Source of the DNA: the human T2T-CHM13v2.0 reference genome, Homo sapiens
Assembly: GCF_009914755.1 (NCBI RefSeq)
Contig: NC_060933.1
Strand: one strand, 5' to 3'
Length of the DNA stretch: 64,000 nt
The position numbers were made by a program, and so were the translations under genes. This document shows, piece by piece, positions 1 through 16,700 of this stretch (the first letter of the stretch is position 1; each line of letters opens with the position of its first letter). Under the pieces are notes generated by a model that had not been told where the DNA came from, made no database searches, and was given only the letters and a program-made list of their open reading frames with translations.

Positions 1-849
1 CTATTTAAATAGACTTATGTTTAAATAGGTATAGAAGGAAAAAAGTTTCACTCTCCTTTTTAAGAAAGAGCTAGGCATTAAAAATGTTGGTTGTAGCATG
101 AGGGAGATTCCAATTTAGTCATAATACAGAATTGATTTAGGGTTAATATAATTGTTTTCTCTAGTTAACTACCATAAAGATGTACAATCAAAACAAAACT
201 GTCTCCGGGATATTTAACTGAGGTATCAGAAAATCATGTGACACTTGATGGGGAAATTTAATTTCTCATGGCTAAAAAGTAGAACAAAGAAAGCCTCTTG
301 AAGCTAAGAACAGTTTGTTTTTAATGCACTATTGCTGTAGGAGCTGGGGCTGCCAAATATGCTTGCATAAATTATGCATTGTACAACTCTGGGGACTCCA
401 CTCATAGTTACCATGGATTGTGTATTTATTATAGCAGTGTTTTGGCAAATAACATTGAATGGGGCGGCGGGGCAGTGCCTAATTATTCAGAAGTTCTGTT
501 TGGGCTAGTGGTGTGCTATAGGAACTTGAAACCTTCTTTGATATTAAAATGTCACAAGAAAAATATCTCACTAGAGCAGCTTTAGTTAGCAACAAAACTG
601 AATGCCAGCTACAAAAGATAGCAACAAGCAGTCAACCACCAGGAAATAGTAAAATTGGGTAATGAAGTACCCAAAGTAAAATTAAGAGACTTCTAAAACA
701 ATATGGACAGCTAGCATTCATTTAGGTGCCTCATATAACTATTTAAAGAAATAAAATTATCTCCAAACCATTCTTATCACCAGTATAAAGGAGTAAACTT
801 CAAGTATATCACAAAAAGTTTTTTTATACTTTTTTCTTTTTTCCTTAAG
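1..849 (+). other. SMC2: 3' part of last SMC2 intron
   Basis: Lies upstream of the acceptor at 848-849; no SMC-like reading frame seen. Confidence 0.85.
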
Positions 850-1026
850 TTCATTGTGGTGTCACTAAAAGAAGGTATGTTCAACAATGCAAACGTTCTT
901 TTCAAAACCAAGTTTGTGGATGGTGTTTCTACAGTAGCCAGATTTACTCAATGTCAAAATGGAAAGATTTCAAAGGAAGCAAAATCCAAGGCAAAACCAC
1001 CCAAAGGAGCACATGTGGAAGTTTAA
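850..1026 (+). CDS. SMC2: Terminal coding exon of structural maintenance of chromosomes protein 2 (C-terminal 58 aa of ATPase head + stop)
   Basis: Long polypyrimidine tract ending TTAAG (AG 848-849). Phase-0 frame TTC ATT GTG...GAA GTT TAA translates to [58 protein letters not shown], which I recognise as the human SMC2 C-terminus. Missed by the ORF track (short, spliced). Confidence 0.97.
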   Translation, partial: FIVVSLKEGMFNNANVLFKTKFVDGVSTVARFTQCQNGKISKEAKSKAKPPKGAHVEV

Positions 1027-1588
1027 ACTACAAAGTTATTTCTTCATCTTGACCTGTTTTTTTAAATGTAAACTTTTAAGGACTTGAGATAACTAATTTG
1101 TTTATATACAAAAATTAATGTTACTGTGTTACTTAACCCATGTTTTCTCTTTATATAATCACTTATCGCTTACAAATGAGCATATATTCCTCATCTCTTA
1201 ACTAGTCTAATTATGGTCCAATTATTGTGGTTGTGATTTTATGCATATCATCAAATGTTTTTTTCTTATGCGGGTCTTTTATATATTAGGGATCCTGAGA
1301 TACCCGATTCTATATGTAAAAGCTAATATACAAAAAAGCAGATTAAATTACATGATAAATGTAGCTGATCATCAGTGTTTAATTGATTTAATTCCTAAGG
1401 CAATATTAATGTGTTTTCTAAAGTCATTCAGGTAAGGAAGAATTATAAATCAGGTAACTGGACCAACAAAGGGAACACATATAAAGCTATTATGCATGCA
1501 TGGAGCCGTTTGAGGCTAGTTTTTTAAGGCCACAACTCCAGACCCCTGATTTAGACTGAGATAGGAAACAGATCTTGAAAGAATCCTT

Positions 1589-1696
1589 ATTTTAATGATA
1601 CATGAATATCATGTTCCTATACGCTTAATAATTGGTCTCTACATTTTAATGATACATGAATATCATGTTCCTATACGCTTAATAATTGGTCTCTAC
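1589..1696 (+). repeat. Perfect 2 x 54-bp tandem duplication in 3'UTR
   Basis: ATTTTAATGATACATGAATATCATGTTCCTATACGCTTAATAATTGGTCTCTAC at 1589-1642 and 1643-1696. Confidence 0.97.
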
Positions 1697-2869
1697 GACT
1701 TTAATGTTTTTGTTTTTTTAAGCTGTGTAAGTATTTTTAAATCAAAGCTTAGGAGGTGTGTTGCGTGGTACTATCTGCTGCAAATTTATCTGAAGTTTGT
1801 TAATATTTTCCAAGATTTTTGTCAGCCTTTTCATAATCCAGTCATTAACAATCTATTGGTAAACAAGAATGTAGGTGCCAGTAGACTAAACCAAATTTAT
1901 TTTTCCCTGAGTCTGATATATATATGTATAAATATAAATAACTCAATCCATCTGTTCCACCAAAATAACTCAAAAGTTGGATGATTATTTGTCTTCCGCT
2001 TTCCAGTTCAAAGGGATGAAATTCCTTTAGAACTTGAAAGATGACACTAGCGAACACCATGAGAATACTGTCTACAGTTTTTGGTACGTCATCACTAGAA
2101 CAGTGACCCCAAACTGAATCATGAAAGGTCTGACATGATGTAATCTGATCTTCCATGTGTTATTTTGGCCCCACATCTCTTCTTGATTTTTTAGTCTTAT
2201 TTCCTTAGTGTTATTATCATACTTCCCCTGATATATGGCCGTACTTCCTGGCCCTGGGCTTGACATTTCCCACCCTTCATTCTCCATACATATGAGATGT
2301 CAGAAAACATGCAGTAATTGATATTATGGGACACATTGGAAAGGATTGAATCTGGAATTAGTTCTGTCCACTGTGGAGGGGAGAGGAAATAATGCTGTAA
2401 ATGTTGAGTTACAGAAAGTCCAATGTCAAATATAGTTTTTTTGTTTCCTTTCAAATGTATTACAGACTGTGCCAAAACAGTTACCAATTCACACTGTCAA
2501 TATTAAAGTATACCATAGTATACAAATTAGTCAGTACTTGCTGTTAATTTTAATATTTCTGATTTAACAGTTAGTTATTAAGTGGTACTTCATTGCTGTT
2601 TTAGCCAACGTTTTAAAAATAATTTGGGAGTTTGACTATTTTGGCTTACGTACTCATTTCCTTTTCTCTGCTAAAAATGTTTTGCTTGTGTGCGTTCCTG
2701 ATTTTTGTCTTGTATAATCTTGATCTTTGAAAACCCTCAAACATGTATTAAATTGTTGTAACTTTTTTTCATTAGAGGGAAGACATTAAGGGGATTGGGG
2801 ACATTTGTTTCACACATCTGCAGTAATATGAGTTAACTAATATTTAACAAGCTCTTTCTTTACATTAGC

Positions 2870-3065
2870 TGCTGTTCTCATTTGTATGTATTGTCGTATT
2901 TAATCCTCAGAGTAACCTAGTGAGGTAAATACTGTTGTTGTCAGCATGGTGTAATCGAGGAATTGAGTGAGTTGAGCAGAAAAGTTAGGAAACTTGCTCA
3001 GGGTGATAATACAGTTAGGAGTGTCAGGGCCCATGGACAAATCTTGTCAGTCTCCAGAACCTAAG
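2870..3065 (-). mobile_element. MIR SINE inside 3'UTR
   Basis: ATTTAATCCTCAGAGTAACCTAGTGAGGTA...AACTTGCTCAGGGT matches the reverse complement of the MIR core. Confidence 0.7.
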
Positions 3066-3095
3066 ATATACTACGTCACTGACAGCTTGAACATT

Positions 3096-3117
3096 TGTAT
3101 TTATTGTACAGAATAAA
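3096..3117 (+). terminator. SMC2: Polyadenylation signal AATAAA (3112-3117) with upstream UGUA (CFIm-type) elements
   Basis: TTTGTATTTATTGTACAGAATAAA; TGTA at 3096 and 3105. Confidence 0.8.
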
Positions 3118-4229
3118 TTTAAGAAAAATACCTGTATGAGCAGTATGTACAACGTGAATGTTACCTTAAAGAAGAACCTCAACCATGTGAAGAGAGGATT
3201 CATTGTGGTGGTGGCGGTTTTGGCATTTCAAGTAAGCTCACAGCAAATGCAAAGCAAAGACATGAAATTTTCTCTTCCAATAGGGTGGCATAATCTAAAG
3301 GCCAACATTCCCACAGATGATAAATATAGATTCTGAGCAAAATACTAGAAACAACTACCTGAGAGTTCAGGAAACTGAAGAAAAACTAGAAAGATTTTGG
3401 ATGGGAGATAAAATACGGAGGAAGAGACAGGCACAAGCTAAGGTTAATGTTTTTAACCTAAGTACCAGCTATAGTCATGATGCAGCTGTAGGACAGCTAA
3501 GGCTGCAGTGGAAAGCCTGGGGTCTTTCTGGTCTGGAGAACTAAAAGATGGGATCTGGGCTAACCACAGCTTCCAGAAAGTGAAGGAGACGTCTCAGAAG
3601 GGATAAACGAGGACCTGGAGAAAGAGGTCCCCAGACTTACTTAGTAGATGAAGTCAGCGAAAGTAATTAACCCCTGAACTCTAGATACAGAACATATCAA
3701 AGATAAAGCCAGATACTAGTTAAAACAGTAAGGATAGATTTAAATCAGTAACATACTCTTGAAATAAGAAGAGTCCAGTATGAACTGAACTCAATTTTGA
3801 TTTGTATTGAGGTGACTGGGTGTCTTAAAGGGAGAATGAGGGAATAGAGGAGGATAAGTGGGGGCTTAGAGTCAGGGATATAAACAGGAAAGGGAATTGG
3901 TTGATGTGAAACCCATTTAGATTTGTTAACTGGCTCTAATGCCAAGGTAGGCTCTTACCCTCCCACAGAGACTGGGACTCTACCTTCAAGTGTTGGTTGG
4001 AAGAAACAGTAAACTCAGCAACCTTGAGTTTTCTCAGGAGTTGACTTTCAGGAGGAGGATAGTCAACCTATGGATGTGGCTTTGAGCTGTTAGAAACTGC
4101 TAGTGTTTTCTTCAGATCTTTACAGGCAAAGGTTTATTTAGACGTAGAAAGGGCTCAGAAGAACCTGGCTAGAACTTCATCAAAGAGAATCTTTGTGAAA
4201 AAGACAAGCAGTTTGCAGTTTACCATAAT

Positions 4230-5170
4230 AAAATTAAATTGTGATTTGAACTGCCACCTGCAAGACCGTTCTCCAGGTGACCTTGGACTGACCCACTTCT
4301 CCCCACTTCTCACTAGTTGTCAAAAAGAACAGCCTTGCTATCTGGTCAGGTGAATGACAACCAAGTGGAAAAAGATCTGTGTGGTTACAAGGAGTATGGC
4401 AAAAGGTTGCTAACTGGCAAGGACAAATACATGTCACCTGTGGATGCTGGGAATACCATAGCCACCTTTTAGGGAAACTTAAATTATGTTTTTGGATACC
4501 CTGTAAAACTTTGCTCTGACAAGGAACCTCCTTTACTGCCCAAGGAACATGACAGCAGGCACACTCATGGAATACAATGGGTTTTCCATGCACCCTGTCA
4601 TCCTCAGTCCAATAGAGCTGTTGAACAATGGAAAGCCAGCTCACAATGAGTGAAGGAAGGACACCAAGATAGCCTACAAGTGGGGTGGTACCACCCCATC
4701 CGAATACGGCAGTATGGACACTGAGCACTGCCCTCCAGGGCAAGGGAACCACATGATTGCAGCACATGTTGAGAAGCACTGAGCTTGGAGGAGGTACAGG
4801 TGGACCAGATGACGGCCTCTGCCTGTGAAATCCAAATTCCAGTGTTCCCAGCCATTTTCTCTTTTTAGAGTGCACATCCTGTGGGTGGTTTGCAGTTCAG
4901 GCTGCCACAGTACCCCAAAAGGCCCCCCTAACTCTTAATCTGGAGTCAGCGTTTCCCTCAGGTGCACTCCCTGTGGGATCCCTCAAGGGTGGAAACAGGA
5001 CCAAGAAATACCAGGATGCTAGAGTCCCTCTGATAGTGCCAGGGACATCTGATCCTTCCATTTGGCTGGGCAATGTTGTCAGACATGTCATCATTCAAGA
5101 AGTGACTTCCCTTCCTGGACTGGATGGCTGAGGCTGAAATGTCTGAGGCATTTCAAGGGTAGTACCACAG
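4230..5170 (+). mobile_element. Degenerate ERVL-class internal sequence (integrase remnant)
   Basis: From 4569: GIQWVFHAPCHPQSNRAVEQWK, resembling the retroviral integrase HPQSxGxVER motif; multiple stops/frameshifts. Confidence 0.75.
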
Positions 5171-5174
5171 GATA

Positions 5175-5700
5175 TGGTAATGTTTATAGTATACAGTGTG
5201 ATGTTTTGATATTTGTATATGTTATGGAATGATTACCTCAATCAAGCTAATTAACATATCATCTCACATAATTACCTTTTTTGTGTGTATGGTGAGAACA
5301 TTAAGATGTATTCTGGCAAATTTTAAATATATAACAGTATTAGCTATAGTCACCATGCTGTACAGCAGATCTCCAGAACTTATTCATCATGCATAACTAT
5401 GACTTTGTATTCTTTGATAAACATCTCCCCACTTCCCCTGCTCCCCAGCCCTTGGCAACCACATTCTACTCCCTGGTTCTATGCGTTTGACTTTTTCAGA
5501 TTTTACAAATGAGTGAGATCATTAGAGTATTTGTCTTTCTGTGCCTCTTTGATTTCGCTTAGCATTATCCCTTCTATGTTAATACATGTCACAAATAACA
5601 TGTCCTTTTTAACGCTAAATAATACTCCTGTGTGTATCTTTATATCTAGGTTGACTCTAGTTTTTTTGCTAGTATGAATACCGTAAACATTTGTGTACAG
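5175..5700 (-). mobile_element. L1MA-type 3' fragment
   Basis: TGTGATGTTTTGATAT...CAAGCTAATTAACATATC...ATAGTCACCATGCTGTACA, typical L1MA 3'UTR, antisense. Confidence 0.8.
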
Positions 5701-5706
5701 GTCACA

Positions 5707-6360
5707 GACATCTGATCCTTCCATTGTGGTGGGCGATGTTATCAGATAGGTCAAGTTTGTTTAGGACCTGACCTCCCTTCCTGGACTATAGACCACTGAG
5801 GCCAAAAGGTCTGGGTGAAGTAACAAGGGCAATGGGGCCTGCAGAGGTAGTGGCCTCAGGATAGGGATGGACAGACTGGGTTACTGCCCCAACTCAGCCT
5901 GACCCCTATCCCATAGATGGAGTCAACTCTGAGAGATCTGGATGGTTTGGATGCATAACACCTTTGTTAGGTTCTCCTAAGCTGTGGCCATGGCCACAAA
6001 GTGATCTGCCATTCTGGACCTCATTCTGTCACAGACCACAGTGACCAAGTCTTATTAATGGCATAGTTGCATTCACTCAGGTTCTCTCGTACAATGTTAT
6101 TCATGAAGCCCCTACACAGAGGGCTAACAACAATCCAGTCCCTGTTTTTGTTGTTGCCATTGGGATACTTACTCATGTAATAAAAGGTGTGTCAAAGTGC
6201 CAGCCCCTCAAGGTTTTGTTAGTTGTGGTTCTGATATTTTGCCAGAGGTCATTATTTTAAAACAGGGCACCAGCATTCCTAATGCTATAACATACACCAG
6301 TACACTAACAGAACCTGAGCCTGAGCCCTGATTACTGAGTAAGGATGTATCCATAGCATG
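5707..6360 (+). mobile_element. Second ERVL-class internal fragment
   Basis: Begins with a diverged copy of 5044-5170 and continues in similar GC-richer retroviral-like sequence. Confidence 0.5.
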
Positions 6361-6472
6361 GAAAGGAGCCAGAGGTGACCAGTTTTGTTTTTTTTTTTTG
6401 TTTTTTTGTTTTGTTTTTTTTGGCCTATGGATATCCAATTGCTCCAGCACAATTTGTTGAAAAGGCTGTCTT

Positions 6473-6760
6473 AGCCAGGCACGGAGGCTCAAGCCTGTAA
6501 TCTCAGCACTTTGGGAGGCCGAGGCAGGTGGATCACTTGAGGTCAGGAGTTCGAGACCAGCCAGACCAACATGGTGAAACCCCGTCTCTACTAAAAATAC
6601 AAAAAATTCGCCAGGCATGGTGGTGTGTGCCTGTAATCCCAGCTACTCGAGAGGCAAAGGCAGAATTACTTTAACCTGGGAGGTGGAGGTTGCAGTGAGT
6701 TGAGATTGCACCACTGCACTCCAGCCTGGGCAACAGAGCAAGAGACTGTCTAAAAAAAAA
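6473..6760 (+). mobile_element. AluS
   Basis: Full dimer with A-tail; degenerate TSD AAAAGGCTGTCTT/AAAAGTCTATCTT. Confidence 0.95.
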
Positions 6761-7652
6761 GTCTATCTTTCCTCCTAGAAAAACATCGAGTTGGTTTTTT
6801 CTTTTCCAACTGTGTCAAAAATTATTTGGGCATTTTTAAGTCTACTTTTATTATAGGTTCTCTATTCTGTTCCATTGATCTATGTGTCTGTCCCTTTTCC
6901 AATATCTCACAGTCTTGATTATGGCCCTACATAATAAGCCTTGAAGTCAGTTAGATTGATTCTTGCTACTTTATTCCTCTTTGTCAAAATTGATTTAGAT
7001 ATTCTTGATGGATGCCTTTCCATACAAGTTTCAGAATAATCTTAACTATATCTACAGAATGCCTTGGGATTTTTATAGGAATTATATTAAACCTAGGTAT
7101 TAATTTAAAGAGAATTGACATCCTTACTATGTTGAACCTGGTAACCCAGGAATACGGACTGAATGTCTCTCCATTTATTGAGATCTTTAACTTCAACACT
7201 GATTATTTTCAGTACACCATATATAGAAAGGCAACAGTCTAGAATATCTAAATCAAGTTTGACAAAGAGGAATAAAATAGCAGGAATCAAATGTGTATGC
7301 TGAAACATTCTGTAAAACATTCTGTACATTTTGTTAGACTTACACCTAAATATTTCATTTTTTGAGCTATGATAAAGGGTATTTATGTGTAACAATAATA
7401 TCCATATGTTCATCATTAGTGTATATAATTAATTTTTATATGTCTATCTTGTAACCGTTGGCCTTGCTAAACTTCTTAGTTCTAGGTTTCTTGTAGATTT
7501 TGGGGGATTTTCTACACAGACAATTATGTCCTCTACAATCATAGGCAGCTTTATTTCTTCCCTGTTGATCTGTATGCCTTTTATTTCCTTTTGTGCCTTA
7601 TGGCATTGACTGGAACTTCTTAGCACTGTGTTGTGTAAGAATGGTGAGAGCC

Positions 7653-7976
<324 letters not shown>

Positions 7977-9044
7977 TTACCAAACTGAGGAAGTTCTCTT
8001 CTATTCCTATTTTGATGGCAGTTTTTTATCACGAATAAGTATTGAATTTTTTCAATGCTTTGTCCACATTGATTGGTATGATCATGTAACTTCTTCCTTA
8101 GCCTGTTAATATCATGGATTACACTGCTTGATTTTTAAATATTGAACCAGTCTTTCCCTAGAATAAACTCTACTTGAGAATGGCATGTATAATTCTTTCT
8201 GCATTTGCTGAAATGTATTTGCTAATAATTTGGTCATGGTTTTAATGTCTCTATTCATGAGAGGCATTGGCATGGTTTTCTTTTTTTCTTGTTTCAGGAT
8301 AATCCTGGCTTCATGAAATTGAATTGGGAAATGTTCCCTCCTCTATTTTCTGGAGGATTGTGTAGAACTAGTGTTAATTCTTCTTTAAATATTTGGTAGA
8401 ATTTTGTGAAATAATCTGGACCTTGAGATTTGAGGGTGGTGGTGGGTGGTAAAATTAGTAGTAAAAATTTCCTTAGTAGTTATAGGACTACTCTATATCT
8501 TTTATCTATTTTATATAGAATGAATTGCAGTAGTTTCTTCTTTTTGGGGAATTACTGTCTTTCATCTAAATTGCCAAATTTGTGTGTGGAGTTAATCATG
8601 GTATTTCTGTATTATCATCCTTTTGATGTATTCAGGTTCTCTAGTTGATATCCCTTGTTTCATTTCCAATATGATAATTTGTGTCTTTTTTTAACTTTTG
8701 TCACCCTTGGTACATAGAGGTTTGTCTATCTATTGTCTAATGTTATGATCTTTTCAAAGAACCAGTGTTTTATTTCATTAACTTTCTCTACTGTTTTTCT
8801 GTTTTCAGTTCATTGATTTCTGCCCTTAGCTTAATTATTTTCTTTTTTCTGCTTGCTTTGGACTTACTTTGGTATTCCTTCTCTAGTTTCTCATGAGGAA
8901 GCTTAAATTATTAATTTGAGAATTCTGATTTTTTTCTGATTAGCATGTAATGCTACAAACATCCCTCAAGTAATCTTTCAGTGTCATCTCACAGATTTTG
9001 TCATGTTCCGTTTTCATTTTCTTTAAATTCAAAATGTTTTCTAA

Positions 9045-9402
<358 letters not shown>

Positions 9403-9519
9403 CTGGGGAGTGTATTTTTTAACTTATAAATTCTTGACATTTTCCAAGTATATTTTTCTTCTTGACTTCTAATTTAATTCTTGTTTGGTCAGGGATCATA
9501 CTTTGTATCATTTCAATTT

Positions 9520-10620
9520 AAAAAAATTAGAAATTGACAGACATATGCTTCTATTAAAAAACAAAAAGCCACAAATATAATGGTCTAAGGTTCTATTCTA
9601 ACCTGTATTCTAGATAAGAACAAAGTAAACTCAAGTAAAAAGATTGAAAAATAAAGGATAGGAATCCATAATATATAAAACAATGGAGAAAATCAGTGAA
9701 ACCCAGATCGAGTTCTCAAACTGTCAACAAAATCTCTATATCCCTATCAATCAAGGAACCAGAGAAATTACAAATCACTATCAGGAATGAAAGAAGAGCT
9801 GCCACTGTGGATCTTACCTGGATTAAGAAGATAAAAAATTATGACCATTTATATGTCGATAAATTTGACAACTTAGACAAAATAGAAAAATTCTTTGAAA
9901 AATAAAACCAAAATTGACACAAGAACAGACAAAATCTGAATAGCCTCACATCTACTAATGAAATTGTAATTATTATTAAATATCTTTCCACAAAGAAAAC
10001 TCCAATCCTACAATGAATACTCCAAGTTTCACTCATAAATTTTACCATTTAAGGAAGAAGTAACACCAATCTTATAAATAGAAGGGGAGAGAACACTTGC
10101 TAGTTTTTTTGTTTTTTTTTTTTACTAGACTAGTATTGTTCTAATAGTAAAACCTGACACAGACATTACAAAACAAAAAAGTTAAAGGAAAGCAACCCTC
10201 ATGAATATAGGAACAAAAATTCTTAAACTATTATCAAATCTAATGACATAAAAGATTAGCCATTACAAAGATTTTTTTCAACAGATGGTGCTGACAACTT
10301 GATATTTATATGAAAAAAATGTAAACATTGACCCTTAACAACATACAGAAAAATAAATAAAAATGGGTCATAGGCCCAGAAGTAAGTTCTAACACTTATA
10401 GAAGAAAACATAGTGACCCTACATTATGCAAAGATTTCTTAGGACAAAGAAGACACAAGGAAAAAAGAGACTAATTGAACTTCATCAAAACAAAGTTGAA
10501 AAAAATCTCTTCAAAAGACACTTAAGAAAATGAAAAGACAAGCTACAGAATAGGAGAAATTACTTGCAATGTATACATTTAACAGAATTGCATCCAAAAC
10601 GTTTAAAGAACTCTTGCAAC
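9520..10620 (+). mobile_element. Old L1M ORF2 fragment, internally deleted
   Basis: ORF 9696..9905 contains QITIRNERR...LYVDKFDNLDKIEKFFEK, similar to L1 ORF2 LYANKLENLEEMDKFLD. Confidence 0.8.
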
Positions 10621-10624
10621 CCAC

Positions 10625-13270
<2,646 letters not shown>

Positions 13271-13472
13271 CTCAATTCTACTTGGGTTACTCAATTTGCC
13301 TAAAGTTATACAGCTAGAAAATAGAAAAGCCTAAGTTTGAATTCAGACTGTCTAGCTGATAAGCCCATACTCTTAGATATTACACCATTATAATGAGTGA
13401 GAAATACTCCTAAATTTATGTCTGGAGCTGAGATAACATTCGGTTCCCCCTTGAATAGAAATACAATATTCT

Positions 13473-13815
<343 letters not shown>

Positions 13816-16544
13816 CTATTGCTTCCTATTCTATTTTTGTATGTGTGAAAAGTATATAAACTGCCTAAGCTATTGTGTTTCAAGGTTGAAAAGTTTTATT
13901 TTCACATCTTTCAACTTTAATCAAAGACAAATTTTTAAATCCCTTAGTAATTTAGTTATAGAAGTCTACTATATTGCTAATTACTTAGAATTGAACATTC
14001 AAGGCATATGTTAATTTGAAGAAAAGAAAAAAGAAATCTAATGGAGGAGAAAAAGATTTTTACCAATGGATTGCTTCTAGATCAGCGTAAGGAAGCAGGT
14101 ATTAAACATATCCTGATTACCTCTGCTTTGTGGGACCAGAAAGAACATAGGTAATTTACTTTTATAAATAATTCCAATATTTTAAGCCATATCTTCCACG
14201 CCGCCTGTCACATAATTTCCATTAGGACTAAATGAACCAAAAATGTACTGTGTTGCTACTCCATGGCCCATGCTATCCTGGTGCCTTGCTACTAACGATT
14301 TAGATAGAAAAATGTGGGTTCAGGGTAAAGAGAGAAAAGAAAGGAAGAAAACAAGGATGCATTGACTGCACAAATTTTCATCTATTAGCTCCTTTTAACA
14401 ACTCAGCACAATTGCTATTATTACTCTCATAGATAAGAAAACAGGCTCAGAGACATTAATTTACCTCCCCTCAACTGAGGTATAGCAGAATCAGAATTTA
14501 AATACATCTCTTCAATTCCAAGGTTCATGATTTTTCAACATGTGTTTCTAAAATGCCATTTAATAATGTAAAAACTAAAGGGAAAAAAACTTTCTACACA
14601 GAATTTACTTAAATATATAGGATCATAAACTTCGAAATGAACTCTTTTGCCTTCCATTCTTTTAAACTAAAAGAGCAAAAAATACACAATGACTACAAAC
14701 AACCATGAAACCACAATTTAGCTCAACATCTCATGCAGATAAAGGGGTGAAATAAAGTTGCAGCATAGAGAGTCAGATATACAGAGCATATAACATGTAT
14801 TATGAGCCATGTAATGACTTATTTTTCCCACCACTTTTCTCAATGTACATCACTGTAATCTTGTACAGTATGCTATTTTGCCATCACCTACTAAGACAAA
14901 ACCATGTACATGCTAAGAACACCTCTGTTCTTTTATTTAATGGCTCAATTGCATCAAAGCATTCCTACTTCATGCTAAAGATATTGTTATACAATTATAA
15001 AGGCAAGCAATGAAATCACTTGTATCAAGAATACAAGTTATTTATTAAGATGAGCCTTAAACATGTTTATATTCACTTTTAAACTTACCGAAAGAAAAAG
15101 CACAAAATTTAAAATATTGAGAAGTTAACAGACCCCTGAGAATGTATCCTAAGACCCCTCCCCAGAGGTCCTCAAACTGCAGTTTGAGGAGGACTACACT
15201 ATAGCATATGAAAGTGTATATGCTTTTTATATAGGATCATTATTCTCTGACAAAAGTTTCTTCCACAGTAACAGTTTGCTCAGAGGATTTTTACTAAGAT
15301 TTCTCATGTATGTTCTACTGTACTTTATGTAGCGTAAAGCTTTTTCCCCATCTCCCTGAAGAGTGACAGCTTCAGAACACCCTTCTTGACTTCAGGACTA
15401 AGAACAGCTAGCTGGAATAGCTCTTCCCATTTAGGTCTAGCTCTGAATTTCTCAAAGTCCTGTACAAAAGCTAAATGTAATCTATTTATTGTCCTTTCTC
15501 TTTCATAATGTGAAATTGGTGACATTGATAATATCAACTAGATAGATTGCTAGACAAATTAGAACATAGTAAATGTTCTTGCAGTTTCTTGACACATACA
15601 AGGTACTAAAAAAACGTTAAACTCTATCACCACTAACATAAATCAAAATTATTCTATACTATTCCAAATGTACATTTACACTTATATTATCATGTCTTAT
15701 GGATTAATTTGTCACCCCAACAAACCAAACTCTTTGGACTCAGAGAGCAGGCTTATTCCAGCGTTTTCAGTGCCTAAATAAGTGCTTAGCACTTAGGAGT
15801 TTTTCTATCAATCAGGAATTGCTGAACTAGTGAATTCTTGTTTATGTCACCTCACATGTGATGTATAATACCTTCACATGAAACACTGTAGTAAAAAACA
15901 TTTTTTAAGATTTCTGTTTTTTTGAATTGTCTTCCTTTTACCTAACAATACATGAAACATAGTAGGAAAGAATTGTATAAATTAAATCACACCTCCACCC
16001 AACCACACACACACATCTCCTTAAGAGCTCATCTGATTCAACCCCATAATTATTTTCACTGTGGGGCAATTTAAATTTAGGAATGTCAAGGAACTTCTTG
16101 TCTCTGAATGTCCAACCCAGTACTTTCTCCCTTATGTGTGCTGCCTACTACCCCTACCTACTCTGTGTCTTGGTTATTTACAGTTTTCTTATATATATTT
16201 TTTGTGCATTACTCAAATTTTCCATCCTATTTTACTTGTCTGTTTCTTCTGCCTACAAGCCCTTTATTTCAATCTCTGTCTAGAAATTGTTTGTGTATCT
16301 TTCAAGTGTCAGATTTAATGCTATGTCTACTGAGGCCTTGCTGCAGATAGCTTGAGATGCTGCCTCTTTCATATTTTTTCAGTAAGTCAAGACCTCTCAG
16401 GATGGTTACTGTATTATATTCTCTCGGTGTTATACCCCCTGGAAAGCAAGGAGGACAGGGAGAATGTTTAATGTATCTCTTTATCGTTAATACTTAGCAT
16501 AGTACCTGACACAGAGAGATTAACAAATGTTTCTTTCTTCACTT

Positions 16545-16700
16545 GATACATAATAGTTTACATATTTATGGAGTACATGTGATATTTTGTTGCATATGTA
16601 GAGTGTGTAATAATCAAGTCAAGGGATTTGGGGAATCCATCGCCTTGAGTACTTACGGTATCTATGTTTTGGGAACATTTCAAGTTATCTCTTCTAGCTA
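16545..16700 (-). mobile_element. Short L1MA 3' end fragment
   Basis: TACATATTTATGGAGTACATGTGATATTTTG...GGGAACATTTCAAGTTATCTCTTCTAGCTA. Confidence 0.7.

Larger units (their letters stand above)
1027..3135 (+). other. SMC2: SMC2 3'UTR (end approximate)
   Basis: AT-rich sequence after the stop codon, up to a canonical poly(A) signal. Confidence 0.8.

Noticed and set aside
850-870. FIVVSL lacks the ABC-ATPase switch histidine
   Set aside because: Normal for eukaryotic SMC1-4 proteins; not novel
1595-1984. 129-aa ORF with repeated MIHEYHVPIRLIIGLY
   Set aside because: The repeat is just the 54-bp (in-frame) duplication; it lies in the SMC2 3'UTR and has no recognisable protein features
4234-4875. 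Longest ORF (213 aa, - strand)
   Set aside because: Antisense to a decayed ERVL integrase; no homology recognised; likely a chance open frame
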